Below, one piece after another: positions 27,068-35,609 of a stretch of DNA of 50,767 nucleotides. The notes under the pieces are model-generated. The model searched no databases and was not told the DNA's origin. It saw only the letters and a program-made list of their open reading frames with translations. The stretch lies in NCBI GenBank assembly GCA_027328425.1, contig DAHVUT010000026.1, positions 1 to 50,767 on the forward strand. Direction: 5' to 3'. A program made the translations under genes and the position numbers. The first letter of the stretch is position 1, and every line of letters starts with the position of its first letter. This DNA comes from Candidatus Micrarchaeota archaeon (lineage in GTDB: Archaea; Micrarchaeota; Micrarchaeia; Micrarchaeales; CABMGC01).

Positions 27068-27832
27068 TCATGACGAGGGAAGCTTGCCCTCCTCGATCAT
27101 TCTCTTCAGCTGGTCAAGATCCTTCTGCGTATTCATCGTGACCCAGCTGTTCTGGGGTATTACTATAGCGTATATCTTTCTTTCCTCGGCCAGCCTTGGC
27201 AATATCGCATACTCGAAACCAACGTTGCCCGGTTTCTTGAGATCTATGAGCTTGATGAAATACTCGTAGGCAGCGGGCTCAAATATTCTCATTCCTGTTG
27301 AGGTGAGCAAAGGCACCAATGGCTTTTCCTCAAATTTGATTACGAGCCCCTTTTCATCAGTTGTGTCAACGCCAAACGGATACTGGTGCGCTTTCTCAAC
27401 AATGTCGCTTGCGACAACACCTAAGGAGTTAACTGCGCGCACATGCTCCTCAAGCACCTTCGAAGGGATGTTTGGGTCAAGAAATATATCATCGGGCTGC
27501 ACATATATCGACCTCCTCGACCTGTCTATCTTCCCCTCTTCGAGCGCCTGCTTGAACGCCTTACCGTTGCCTATGCCTTTCTCATAGTCGTACACTATAT
27601 TACTGTTTATTCCGTTCCAGCCATTTTGCTCTATGTGCTTCGTAACCTCCTTGTCACCATGCGCAAGCACGAAAGTGAAGTCGTTAATGCCATTCTTCCT
27701 ATAGAATTCCACAAGCCGGTCAATCAAAGTAGTCTCTCCTAACTTGACCAGCGCTTTGGGCATGTTCATCCCAAGGCGTTTGGCCTCGCCTCCTGCCATG
27801 ACGACTACTTGCGTATCTTTGTTGCTGCCCAT
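27068..27832 (-). CDS. sugar-1-phosphate nucleotidyltransferase
   Basis: ORF trimmed to Met29 (MGSNKDTQVVVMAGGEAKRLG). The glycine-rich NTP-transferase signature AGGxxxRL is present. Confidence 0.75.
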   Translation of the reverse strand: MGSNKDTQVVVMAGGEAKRLGMNMPKALVKLGETTLIDRLVEFYRKNGINDFTFVLAHGDKEVTKHIEQNGWNGINSNIVYDYEKGIGNGKAFKQALEEGKIDRSRRSIYVQPDDIFLDPNIPSKVLEEHVRAVNSLGVVASDIVEKAHQYPFGVDTTDEKGLVIKFEEKPLVPLLTSTGMRIFEPAAYEYFIKLIDLKKPGNVGFEYAILPRLAEERKIYAIVIPQNSWVTMNTQKDLDQLKRMIEEGKLPSS

Positions 27833-27960
27833 GAAGTGTTTGATTCCCAGTGCCCTTAAAAGGATTGCGTTACGCTTAGAAAAGGGCGCACCAACCGGTT
27901 CCACTCGGATAAACATTTAAAGAAGGAAATGATAAATATTATTTACAAAAGTTAAATTCG

Positions 27961-28788
27961 ATGAAGGACTACAATGAGACAGCACTTGATTCAGCAGGCG
28001 CCATCTCTAGACATTCTTGGCTTCAAAGCAAAAAAGTAGTAGTTGCAGATTTGGACGGCACACTTGCCCCAAGCAAGAGCCGCATAAGCAACGATGTCGC
28101 TGCAGCAATAAATGAATTCCTAAAAAGCAAAAAGCTAGTTGTGATATCCGGCGGACGTTACGCCCAGTTCGGACGCCAGCTTCTTGAAGGAATTTCTAAG
28201 GATCCGGAGCTTCTGAAAAATCTGTATCTTTTCCCTACCAACGCCGCTTGCATGTATATTTTCACGGATGGGTCATGGGAGATGGTGTATAAGGAGAGGC
28301 TGAAGGCTGATGAAAAATCAAATATATTCGATGCCTTCGATAAGGCGCTTGGGCTCTCTGGCTATGAAAGACCAAAAATGAGCTACGGGGAGATTATAGA
28401 AGACAGGGAAACGCAGATAACTTTTTCTGCGCTTGGAAACGATGCGCCTTTAGAGGAAAAGAGACTGTGGGACCCGGACCAGAAGAAGCGCCTGCTTATA
28501 AGAGATAATCTGCTGAAGCTAGCACCGGAGTTTGAGATAAGAATAGGCGGCACAACCTCAATAGACGTTACGAGGAAGGGCATAGACAAGGCATACGGGA
28601 TAGAGAAGATAAGCGAAATGCTCAACACGAGCGTGAAAGAAATGCTTTTCATAGGTGATGCACTCTTTGAGGGTGGCAACGATTACGCTGTGCGCAAAAC
28701 AGACATAGACTGTCTGCAAGTAAGCAACCCTGGGGAGACAGCTGAAATTCTTAGGGCTGCAACAACGCACAAGGAAAGAGCAAGATAG
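27961..28788 (+). CDS. HAD-IIB phosphatase/phosphomannomutase-like protein
   Basis: Motif I VVADLDGTLAP, cap-domain length typical of HAD-IIB, and motif IV FIGDALFEGGNDY. Divergent from the nucleotidyltransferase gene. Confidence 0.65.
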   Translation: MKDYNETALDSAGAISRHSWLQSKKVVVADLDGTLAPSKSRISNDVAAAINEFLKSKKLVVISGGRYAQFGRQLLEGISKDPELLKNLYLFPTNAACMYIFTDGSWEMVYKERLKADEKSNIFDAFDKALGLSGYERPKMSYGEIIEDRETQITFSALGNDAPLEEKRLWDPDQKKRLLIRDNLLKLAPEFEIRIGGTTSIDVTRKGIDKAYGIEKISEMLNTSVKEMLFIGDALFEGGNDYAVRKTDIDCLQVSNPGETAEILRAATTHKERAR

Positions 28789-28827
28789 ATTGCAGAAAGA
28801 ATGGGATTGAGCACAAGCAAATAATTA

Positions 28828-29895
28828 TTAGACGCCAGAGGGCGTGTAAACGCTCTTGCTGGAGTTGACGAAGACGGTGTACGTAGAACCCACGAAACCG
28901 CTCCCGCCGCTCCCGGTGCGGTTGAGCCATACAAGCACGATGTACTCGCCCGCACCATACTTTTGCATCAGGCTTTTCATGCCAAAGGCTATGCCGAGCC
29001 TGTTGCTGCTGGTCGAATACTGATCTGCAACTATCGTGTCTATGCCAGGGTAGTAGTAGCTGGGATTGCCCACGACACCGGCCACTATGTTGCCATAGCC
29101 GTACGATGACGTGTTGTCCAGCTGGGCTCTTGTCATGTTCCGCACCGGGCTGTCATATATTATCTGCACCGATGAGAATGTGTAGGGCTGCGCAATTGTG
29201 CCGTATAGCAGCATCTCGTCGCTGCTTTGGTTTATGCCGTACTTGCTCCATGCGATGTAATTGTCGATGAAGTCCTCGGTGAAATACACGCTGCTCGCGT
29301 TGTAGGCTATGCCTATGCTCACTTGGTTGTGGTACGGGTCGAGTATGTTGTCCCTGTGCCCGTTGTTGCAGCACTGGCTGTCGTTGTACATCATGCTGTA
29401 CTCCATCTCCTGCAGCGCCTGCGTGACGTTTATGTCGCCGCTGCAGCCGAAGATTCCGCACTGCGCGCTATACCTATAGGCTATGTTTTCGCTGACCGCT
29501 CCCCTGCCGCCGAGGAGCGTGTAGCGCATGTATGGTTTCATGCCGAAAACGTCCCAGTGGCTGAAGTAGTCTCCGACGAGCATGCTCGCGGAATGCTGCT
29601 GCGCGGAAGGCTCGGTGGACAGCGTGACGTTGCCCAGCCCGTACGCGTTCCTGTCTTTGTTTATCAGGTTGAGTGCATAAGCGAGGAGCTGCGCGTTTGC
29701 CTGGGTTACGTTCGCCGTGCCCGTGCTGTTAGCCACGCTCTCGTTGCCTATCTGCGACGCGTTCGCATTCGTGTAGTTGGAGACTATGCCTGCTATCGGG
29801 CCTATTCTGTCGATGTAGCCGAAGAAGAGGAAGGCGAGCACCAACATTATGGCTATAAGAGTTAGCACGTTAGCTACCGCCCCAGTGGTGCTCAT
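28828..29895 (-). CDS. membrane-anchored extracellular CAP/SCP/PR-1 domain protein
   Basis: N-terminal TM anchor. CAP-like block NKDRNAYGL...HSASMLVGDYFSHWD...ENIAY...NNGHRDNIL. Many N-x-S/T sequons. Confidence 0.65.
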   Translation of the reverse strand: MSTTGAVANVLTLIAIMLVLAFLFFGYIDRIGPIAGIVSNYTNANASQIGNESVANSTGTANVTQANAQLLAYALNLINKDRNAYGLGNVTLSTEPSAQQHSASMLVGDYFSHWDVFGMKPYMRYTLLGGRGAVSENIAYRYSAQCGIFGCSGDINVTQALQEMEYSMMYNDSQCCNNGHRDNILDPYHNQVSIGIAYNASSVYFTEDFIDNYIAWSKYGINQSSDEMLLYGTIAQPYTFSSVQIIYDSPVRNMTRAQLDNTSSYGYGNIVAGVVGNPSYYYPGIDTIVADQYSTSSNRLGIAFGMKSLMQKYGAGEYIVLVWLNRTGSGGSGFVGSTYTVFVNSSKSVYTPSGV

Positions 29896-29958
29896 GCTGC
29901 TGATTTGGCAGCTCAGCTTAAAGTAACATTGCTCTGGCTACGGTTCTGCTGCCCTGAA

Positions 29959-30194
29959 GCGGCGTGCCGTAGCCTCCCTTCTGTTTTAGGTGGCATTCGA
30001 CTAAGCGGCTTTATGCCTTGCACGCTCCTCGTGCGCACACCGGCCGTTCCATGCATACGTGCACGCTCGTAGTGTCATCGCTTGTGTACATGTATGCTCG
30101 CGTTTCTGTTCCGGATCGGGCCTTGAGCCCAACACGCACTCTGCGTGGGGAGAGCTTCCTCAGTCACGTGGACCGTGAGCCACCCGCACACCGC
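29959..30194 (-). ncRNA. rnpB: candidate RNase P RNA (reduced, about 236 nt)
   Basis: Minus-strand features: 5' GCGGUGUGC pairs with 3' GCACGCCGC (P1). CR-I-like GAGGAAGCUCUCCC. CR-V-like ACAGAAGGGAGGCUA. A P4 helix AGC(U)CUCCC/GGGAGGCU with a bulged U. An internal AACAGAAA. A TTATATA box about 28 nt upstream. Confidence 0.5.
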
Positions 30195-30235
30195 TTCATA
30201 TAATATCCTTTGCGCCCGTATATAAGGCTAGCGGT

Positions 30236-30514
30236 ATGGTGGCGATAACTGGCGCTGAGCTCTCCGGAATCTGGCTGATGGTGGCCATAGCGATAGTTAT
30301 ACTGATAGTGTGGAAGCTGGGCAAGCTAATGTTCAAGCTCATCTTCGGACTGATAAGCAACATAATAATGGGCTTCATCACGCTGCTGGCCGTGAATTAT
30401 TTCTTCGGCCTCTCCATACCCTACAGCCTGCCCGTCATAGTGTCTACCGTATTCTTCGGACTGGGAGGCATAGGTACCATAATAATACTCAAGCTCTTCG
30501 GGATCGCAGTGTGA
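30236..30514 (+). CDS. small 3-TM membrane protein, BofA-like
   Basis: 92-aa hydrophobic ORF. NIIMGFITLLAVNYFFGLSIP...FFGLGGIGTIIIL resembles the BofA family pattern. Assignment from memory. Confidence 0.45.
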   Translation: MVAITGAELSGIWLMVAIAIVILIVWKLGKLMFKLIFGLISNIIMGFITLLAVNYFFGLSIPYSLPVIVSTVFFGLGGIGTIIILKLFGIAV

Positions 30515-30518
30515 GCCA

Positions 30519-30713
30519 CTACTTTGCCAGGTCCACGTCGGATTTCTGCACCGTCTTCCTGCCAGCGTGCTTCGCCAGCCTAACCGCCTTCTTTGCGAGC
30601 GCATAGGCCATGCTGTTCATAAGCTCTGCCAGTTCCCTGGAGGCGCTGTCGCTAACTCTCACTGCACCCGCGCCCTTCAGTATCCTCTTGGCAGCCTGCT
30701 CCGAGATCGCCAT
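30519..30713 (-). CDS. archaeal histone (HMf family)
   Basis: ORF trimmed to Met28: MAISEQAAKRILKGAGAVRVSDSASRELAELMNSMAYALAKKAVRLAKHAGRKTVQKSDVDLAK. Contains the conserved KHAGRKT motif. Confidence 0.85.
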   Translation of the reverse strand: MAISEQAAKRILKGAGAVRVSDSASRELAELMNSMAYALAKKAVRLAKHAGRKTVQKSDVDLAK

Positions 30714-30751
30714 GAGTAGGATTAAATAGCAAAACTTAAAACAATAACAGC

Positions 30752-31216
30752 ATGCACATAAGGGAACTGGAGTGGGGAGACTCGAGCAGCGCAATGAGGC
30801 TCATGTTGGAGCTCTACGACGAGAGCCCCGTGTCCAGCACTTTCGACCACAGGCCCAGTGCGGACGAACTCGACAGCGTTCTCTCCGGGAAGCTGGACGG
30901 CATCGCAGTGGGCAGCATAGTGGACCTGGTGGCCGAGGACCGCGGGCGCATAGTGGCGGAATGCGAGCTCGTGGGCACGGGCTCGGGAAGCGGCGTTATA
31001 GGCATAATGGTAGAATCAGGAAGCAGACGGAAAGGGCTGGGCAGGAAGCTCATCTTCAGTGCAATGCGGCTTGCGGCAGGAATCGGAGTAACCAGGGCGT
31101 ATGCAAGCGTACGCAGGGAGAACCGGCGCGCCCTTGCGTTCTTCGAGGCCTGCGGCTTCACAAAAGAAGATGGCGCTGAAATAGTAGTCATGTCAAGGAG
31201 CGTATCAGGCGCTTGA
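30752..31216 (+). CDS. GNAT family N-acetyltransferase
   Basis: Acetyl-CoA binding motif A RRKGLGRKLIFSAMRLAA and ENRRALAFFEACGF. Confidence 0.75.
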   Translation: MHIRELEWGDSSSAMRLMLELYDESPVSSTFDHRPSADELDSVLSGKLDGIAVGSIVDLVAEDRGRIVAECELVGTGSGSGVIGIMVESGSRRKGLGRKLIFSAMRLAAGIGVTRAYASVRRENRRALAFFEACGFTKEDGAEIVVMSRSVSGA

Positions 31217-31825
31217 GTTGTAGACAGCAAGCAGCGTGCCGTTCAGCTGGGACAGCAGCACGCTCACGGTATGGTTGACCCTGGGAGCGGAGTACTCAAC
31301 GAGCCACGCTTTCGTGTAGTTCACCCCGTGCGTGTCGATGCTCTGATAGAAGCGCGAGATCACGCTGACGTTGTGGAAACCGTACTGCTGCACAAACGAC
31401 ATCACGCTGGATATGCCAAGCGTGTACGACCTTGTTACAGCGGCAGGGAAAGAGGAGAGCAGGAAGCTGCTGTTCTGCTGCAGGCCGTATATCCTGCAGT
31501 CCTGCGTGTACGTGTTCTGCACCCTGTATACGAAGCCGAACTTGGGGTAGTCGAACGTGTACGAGTAATACGACGGGCACGGCGAAGTGGCGTTCACGAC
31601 CACCGACGCTGCTATGTACCAGCTGCCTGTGTAGTTCGATGGTCTCTCGTTGGTTATGTTTATCATAGCGCTAGGGTACGCGTTCTGCAGATCAGCGGTA
31701 ATGAGCGATGCTGCCTGCTTCTCGCTTACGTGGCTAAGTATCGTGCTCTGGAGGGCGTAGTACACGCCGAGCAGTATCACTATCACGACCACGGCCAATA
31801 CCACTGTCTTCGCGAGCAGATCCAT
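31205..31825 (-). CDS. membrane-anchored extracellular protein, unknown function
   Basis: N-terminal TM anchor (VVLAVVVIVILLGVYY), an S/T/Y-rich ectodomain and many N-x-S/T sequons. Confidence 0.5.
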   Translation of the reverse strand: MDLLAKTVVLAVVVIVILLGVYYALQSTILSHVSEKQAASLITADLQNAYPSAMINITNERPSNYTGSWYIAASVVVNATSPCPSYYSYTFDYPKFGFVYRVQNTYTQDCRIYGLQQNSSFLLSSFPAAVTRSYTLGISSVMSFVQQYGFHNVSVISRFYQSIDTHGVNYTKAWLVEYSAPRVNHTVSVLLSQLNGTLLAVYNSSA

Positions 31826-31867
31826 GCTCTAGACTGAAATAAGCAGATATAAAACGTTTGCTCAGCC

Positions 31868-33007
31868 TCATCCACCAACCACGCTTGCCGCCCGCAGGCT
31901 CCTTGACACCACGTTCCCTATGCCCATGAGCTTCAGCATACCCGCGAGCGCCTCCGGCTTCGTAGCTGTCTTCGGATGCTTGGCGTTGATGGAGCAAACA
32001 TCAGGGTACTGCATTATTGATGTGCCGTACGTGCCTATGCGCTTCGCAATCTCCACAATCTCCATCTTGTCGAAGCCTATGAGGGGCCTCATGGTGGGCA
32101 GCTTAGAGCCGCGCTGCTCGGCTACCAGGTTGGCAGCAGTCTGCGACGCCACCTGGCCGAGGCTGTCCCCTGTATACACGAAGTATGCCCCTTCCTTGCC
32201 GGCCACTTTCTCGGCGAGCCTGAGCAGGAACGCCTTAAACAATATCGGCTCGTACCTTCCGAACCTGGCAGCCTTGGCCTGGAATATGTGCGATGGCACG
32301 TAGTACGCCTTAGCGCGGGGAGAGTAGCTGGACAGTTGCGCGATGAGCTCCGCTATCTTGCTCGATTCTGCAGTCTTGTTGTCAATGAATGCGTGCGCGT
32401 GCACATATATGGGCTCAGCGCCGCGCTTCATCGCATACCACGCGGCCACAGGCGAGTCTATGCCCCCCGACAGCAGCACCACACATTTACCGGACGAGCC
32501 GACGGGCAGGCCGCCTGCACCCCTGTACCTGTCGAGCGAGACGAAGGCCGCATCCGCCTTCACGTTCACGCGCAGCTCCCTCTCGTAGCCCTTTGTCGTG
32601 GTCTCCACGCCCATCTCCGAGATGCTTTTCTGCAGGCGCGCCACCACCTCCTTGGAATCGAACGGCAACTGCTTGTAGGCCCTGTGCGAACTTATAAGCA
32701 CGCTCTTCGGCCTCGGCTCCGTGCCAAGCAGCGAGACCGCAGCGCGCTCTATGCCCTCCATCGTAGGCCTCGCCTCGAGTGCGGGCTCTATGGCGCTGAG
32801 CCCGAACACCTTCTGCAGCCCTGCTATTATTGCTCCGGAATCACTGGCGCTGCAGCGGAGCTGCAGCCTGTCGAAATCCCTGCGCAGCGAGAAGGCACGG
32901 CCTGCAAGCTGGGCCTTTATGTTCCTTTCCAGAAGAAGTATGTAGCCGTCCCTGTTGCCTCCCTTCAGCCAGAGCTCGCCGAACTTAAGCACTATAAGCT
33001 TCTCCAT
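31868..33007 (-). CDS. thiI: tRNA 4-thiouridine synthase ThiI (THUMP + PP-loop)
   Basis: ORF trimmed to Met22 (MEKLIVLKFGELWLKG). PP-loop motif LLSGGIDSPVAAW. Confidence 0.85.
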   Translation of the reverse strand: MEKLIVLKFGELWLKGGNRDGYILLLERNIKAQLAGRAFSLRRDFDRLQLRCSASDSGAIIAGLQKVFGLSAIEPALEARPTMEGIERAAVSLLGTEPRPKSVLISSHRAYKQLPFDSKEVVARLQKSISEMGVETTTKGYERELRVNVKADAAFVSLDRYRGAGGLPVGSSGKCVVLLSGGIDSPVAAWYAMKRGAEPIYVHAHAFIDNKTAESSKIAELIAQLSSYSPRAKAYYVPSHIFQAKAARFGRYEPILFKAFLLRLAEKVAGKEGAYFVYTGDSLGQVASQTAANLVAEQRGSKLPTMRPLIGFDKMEIVEIAKRIGTYGTSIMQYPDVCSINAKHPKTATKPEALAGMLKLMGIGNVVSRSLRAASVVGG

Positions 33008-33080
33008 GCCGCCCCCGGTCGCCGATATATCTTCCTTGACAGAAAGCGTTGCCTTCCTGCGAAGCGCCATGTGCCTATTG

Positions 33081-33254
33081 CTACCTGCCTGCTTTTGTAA
33101 CTTCCTTCTGCTCCTTGTGCTTCTGCTTGCGCTGCTGCTGCACGTCGAACTTGAAGCAGCGGTCCGAGCAGTAGTATTTTACTGCGCCCATTTTCCTGAC
33201 GTACATGACGCCCGTGCCCTTCTCTATCTCCCTTGTGCAGTAAGAGCAACGCAT
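33081..33254 (-). CDS. rpl24e: 50S ribosomal protein L24e
   Basis: Hand translation gives [57 protein letters not shown]. Follows S28e as in the conserved L7Ae-S28e-L24e operon. Missing from the ORF track (57 aa). Confidence 0.8.
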   Translation of the reverse strand: MRCSYCTREIEKGTGVMYVRKMGAVKYYCSDRCFKFDVQQQRKQKHKEQKEVTKAGR

Positions 33255-33258
33255 GCAA

Positions 33259-33534
33259 TCACCTTACCATAATGCGCTTGTCCTCCCTGCTCGTGTCGGA
33301 AACGCGTATTATGTCGCCCACCTTTATCCTTCCGCTCACGTTCCTCCTTCTCACCCTGCCCTTGTCCTTGCCATCGAGTATCTTCAGCATTACCTGGCGT
33401 ATCGAGCCGAACATGCCTGTGCGAATGGGCGCTACCTCCACCACTTCTGCCATGAAGCCGTCGAACTTCCTCCCCTGCGCCGCTTCCTGCTTGGCTTCTT
33501 GTTTAGCTTCCTGCCTTACCTGTTCTTCGGCCAA
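33259..33534 (-). CDS. rps28e: 30S ribosomal protein S28e with Q/E/A/K-rich N-terminal extension
   Basis: Core [48 protein letters not shown]. About 25 extra N-terminal residues ([10 protein letters not shown]). Confidence 0.85.
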   Translation of the reverse strand: MAEEQVRQEAKQEAKQEAAQGRKFDGFMAEVVEVAPIRTGMFGSIRQVMLKILDGKDKGRVRRRNVSGRIKVGDIIRVSDTSREDKRIMVR

Positions 33535-33560
33535 TTCAACACACCGACGTCATGAAATGC

Positions 33561-34094
33561 TCAGTTTGCACCGGCCGCCGGCGCTTCCGCGCTCGCTTCT
33601 GGCGCAGCCTGCTTCTGCTCCTCCTTTGGCTGCTCCTTCGGCGCCTTCTCCTTCTTCTGCTTAGGCTTTGCCTCCTTCGGGGCCTGCTCTTGCTTTGGCG
33701 CCTCGGCCTTCACCTCCTGCTTGGCTCCACCCTGCTTGGTGGCCGCCCAGTTGGCTATCTCCTTGACCTGCGCGTGGGCGTCGCCTGGCTTCTCTATCGC
33801 TATGGCTGCGCACGGCACTCCGAGACCGGCAGCCTTGCCAAGGTCGAGCTTGGCGGGCACGAAGACGAAAGGCTTCCTCTTCTGCTCGCAGAGCGTAGGC
33901 AGGTGCATCACCACCTCCTCCGGCTCCACGTCGCCGGCTATAAGCACGAGCTCGGCTGTGCCGCGCTCTATGCTCTTTGTGACCTCGTTGACTCCCTTCT
34001 TCACAGAGCCTCCCTGCTTCGCAAGACGCACAGCGTCCAGCGACTTGTCCACTATCTCCTTTGGCGCTTCGAATTTCACATAGCTCTTTGCCAT
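33561..34094 (-). CDS. rpl7ae: 50S ribosomal protein L7Ae with about 55-aa K/E/A/Q/P-rich C-terminal extension
   Basis: Core GVNEVTKSIERGTAELVLIAGDVEPEEVVMHLPTLCEQKRKPFVFV. GAGGTG Shine-Dalgarno-like sequence 8 nt upstream. AATTTAAAC box at about 34181-34190 (minus strand). Confidence 0.85.
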   Translation of the reverse strand: MAKSYVKFEAPKEIVDKSLDAVRLAKQGGSVKKGVNEVTKSIERGTAELVLIAGDVEPEEVVMHLPTLCEQKRKPFVFVPAKLDLGKAAGLGVPCAAIAIEKPGDAHAQVKEIANWAATKQGGAKQEVKAEAPKQEQAPKEAKPKQKKEKAPKEQPKEEQKQAAPEASAEAPAAGAN

Positions 34095-34157
34095 TACCTA
34101 CACCTCGTTTCATTGGTGCTGAAAAATAAGCACCGGGCCCCGCGCTTGCGCGCAGGA

Positions 34158-34367
34158 CTAGACTACCATTGCGCAACGAGGGTTTAAATTACCTACACTT
34201 GGGGCGTGCAACACGTACCGGGCTGCGGGCCATTTCACTTCCTTGTCGGCCCACACGACGCGCCGCGAATTCTCGCCATCGGGCACGAATTTCACCGGCC
34301 TGCTGTCGTAGCTTTCATTGCCTGTTTCCTTCTTTGCGCGTTTCCTGAAGAGCAGTTCCCTGAGCAT
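34158..34367 (-). CDS. possible small protein (very uncertain)
   Basis: Met44 of ORF 34158-34496. No motif. The N-terminal part of the ORF is the complement of a G-rich repeat. Could be non-coding. Confidence 0.2.
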   Translation of the reverse strand: MLRELLFRKRAKKETGNESYDSRPVKFVPDGENSRRVVWADKEVKWPAARYVLHAPSVGNLNPRCAMVV

Positions 34368-34592
34368 GAACCTTAAAGGAGTAAGCACAACTGATTGGGT
34401 GGGGTGGGAAAGAGGCAGGGCAGGTGTATCTGTTGTGGGTGGGGTGAAAATAGTGGCGCTAAGCGCACCAGGCCATGCCCCGTTGCCCTTTCCCATGTGA
34501 TGTATTATGGTTCTTATGATTTATATACATTATTTATTTTCGTAATTTATTTGCAAAAGCTTCGGTTTTATTAATAGCTCTCTCCCGAACAT

Positions 34593-35609
34593 TCACTTCC
34601 AGATGAACCTATAGTTTGCAGCAGCATCCAGGTTCCTAAGCGGCAGCAGCCCCTTGAGTGTTTTGATTACAAACGCGTGCCTTTCAACCATATCTTCGTT
34701 TTTCAGCAGTGCGCTATGCCACTTTACTGCATTATATAGTGCTTGCTTCTTCTCCCTGTCGAACGCCATGCCAAAGGATCTGAAACTACCGGTTAAGGGT
34801 GCAATCATGGGGTAGCAGTTGAGCAAGGGCGTTTCTCCGGCCTCAGTCATGTAGCGGGTTCGCATTAATGGGAATGCATTACTTGTGGTGTCTTTGCCAA
34901 ACCTATATCTAAAGAAGTAGGCAACAATGCTTCCGTACCCTGGCTTCTGAACTGCTATTGTAAACCGCCGCACTATCTGCTGCTTGATAAACTTGAATAC
35001 CCTGTATCGCACAGTATCCTCGTTGATGCCTGTGAGCCCTGCAATCTCCCTGTATCCTATCCTTGAGTTTCTGTTGAGCTCCTTAAGGATCTGCTTGTCT
35101 TTCTTATCTGTTTTTATCTCCTCTCTTATGAAGTTCACAAAATCATCACTCAGCGGCACGTAACCTAGTTGCGGAAACACAAATTCCGAAGGTCTTATCT
35201 CAGGCGTATAATCTGACAAAGCGGCAGTGATGTCAGTCTCCCAACGTATATAGCTTATCGGCGAACCGGCAGCGGCGAACACAAGCATATCAAAATCCCC
35301 TTTGGTAAGGTACACATCCTGCGCAAATGTGTCTGTTTTGAAAAGATCGTAGAGGAAGTCCTCGCTTGGCTTCTTCTTGAACCTGAACATAAGTATGTGC
35401 CTCTCAGGGAAGCCCAACCTATCCATATCCACCTCTAGGGTGAAGCGTATATCGAGCTTCTGCACGAGCCTGTCAACGATTTTTGCAGCAGTTGCAGTGG
35501 AGCATCCTGCCGCTCTGGCTAGATGCGTAAAGCTTGCTCTGGCATCTGTGCTAAGCTCACGCAGCACAATCCTATCCTTGTTGGTGAGCAGCGGTTCGTC
35601 GTAGGCCAT
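34593..35609 (-). CDS. transcriptional regulator with two tandem Lrp/AsnC-type wHTH modules
   Basis: DRIVLRELSTDARASFTHLARAAGCSTATAAKIVDRL and DKQILKELNRNSRIGYREIAGLTGINEDTVRYRVFKF. GC looks low by eye, and both flanks are AT-rich. Confidence 0.7.
   Translation of the reverse strand: MAYDEPLLTNKDRIVLRELSTDARASFTHLARAAGCSTATAAKIVDRLVQKLDIRFTLEVDMDRLGFPERHILMFRFKKKPSEDFLYDLFKTDTFAQDVYLTKGDFDMLVFAAAGSPISYIRWETDITAALSDYTPEIRPSEFVFPQLGYVPLSDDFVNFIREEIKTDKKDKQILKELNRNSRIGYREIAGLTGINEDTVRYRVFKFIKQQIVRRFTIAVQKPGYGSIVAYFFRYRFGKDTTSNAFPLMRTRYMTEAGETPLLNCYPMIAPLTGSFRSFGMAFDREKKQALYNAVKWHSALLKNEDMVERHAFVIKTLKGLLPLRNLDAAANYRFIWK

Noticed and set aside
30018-30203. 61-aa ORF between the CAP-domain gene and the BofA-like gene
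   Set aside because: It has an implausible His/Arg/Thr-rich composition. The region is better explained by the structured RNase P RNA candidate on the opposite strand.
32992-33258. 88-aa minus-strand ORF overlapping the L24e position
   Set aside because: It is in the wrong frame. The frame starting at 33254 encodes a clear L24e ([15 protein letters not shown]...).
34397-34446. G-rich repeats GGGTGGGGTGGG...GGG and GGGTGGGGTG (potential G-quadruplex; partial resemblance to the GGGTGGGA arm of the IS end hairpin)
   Set aside because: There is no complementary C-rich arm nearby, so it is not the hairpin motif. A G4 cannot be evaluated from sequence alone, and the region may be coding on the other strand (uncertain ORF 34158-34496).
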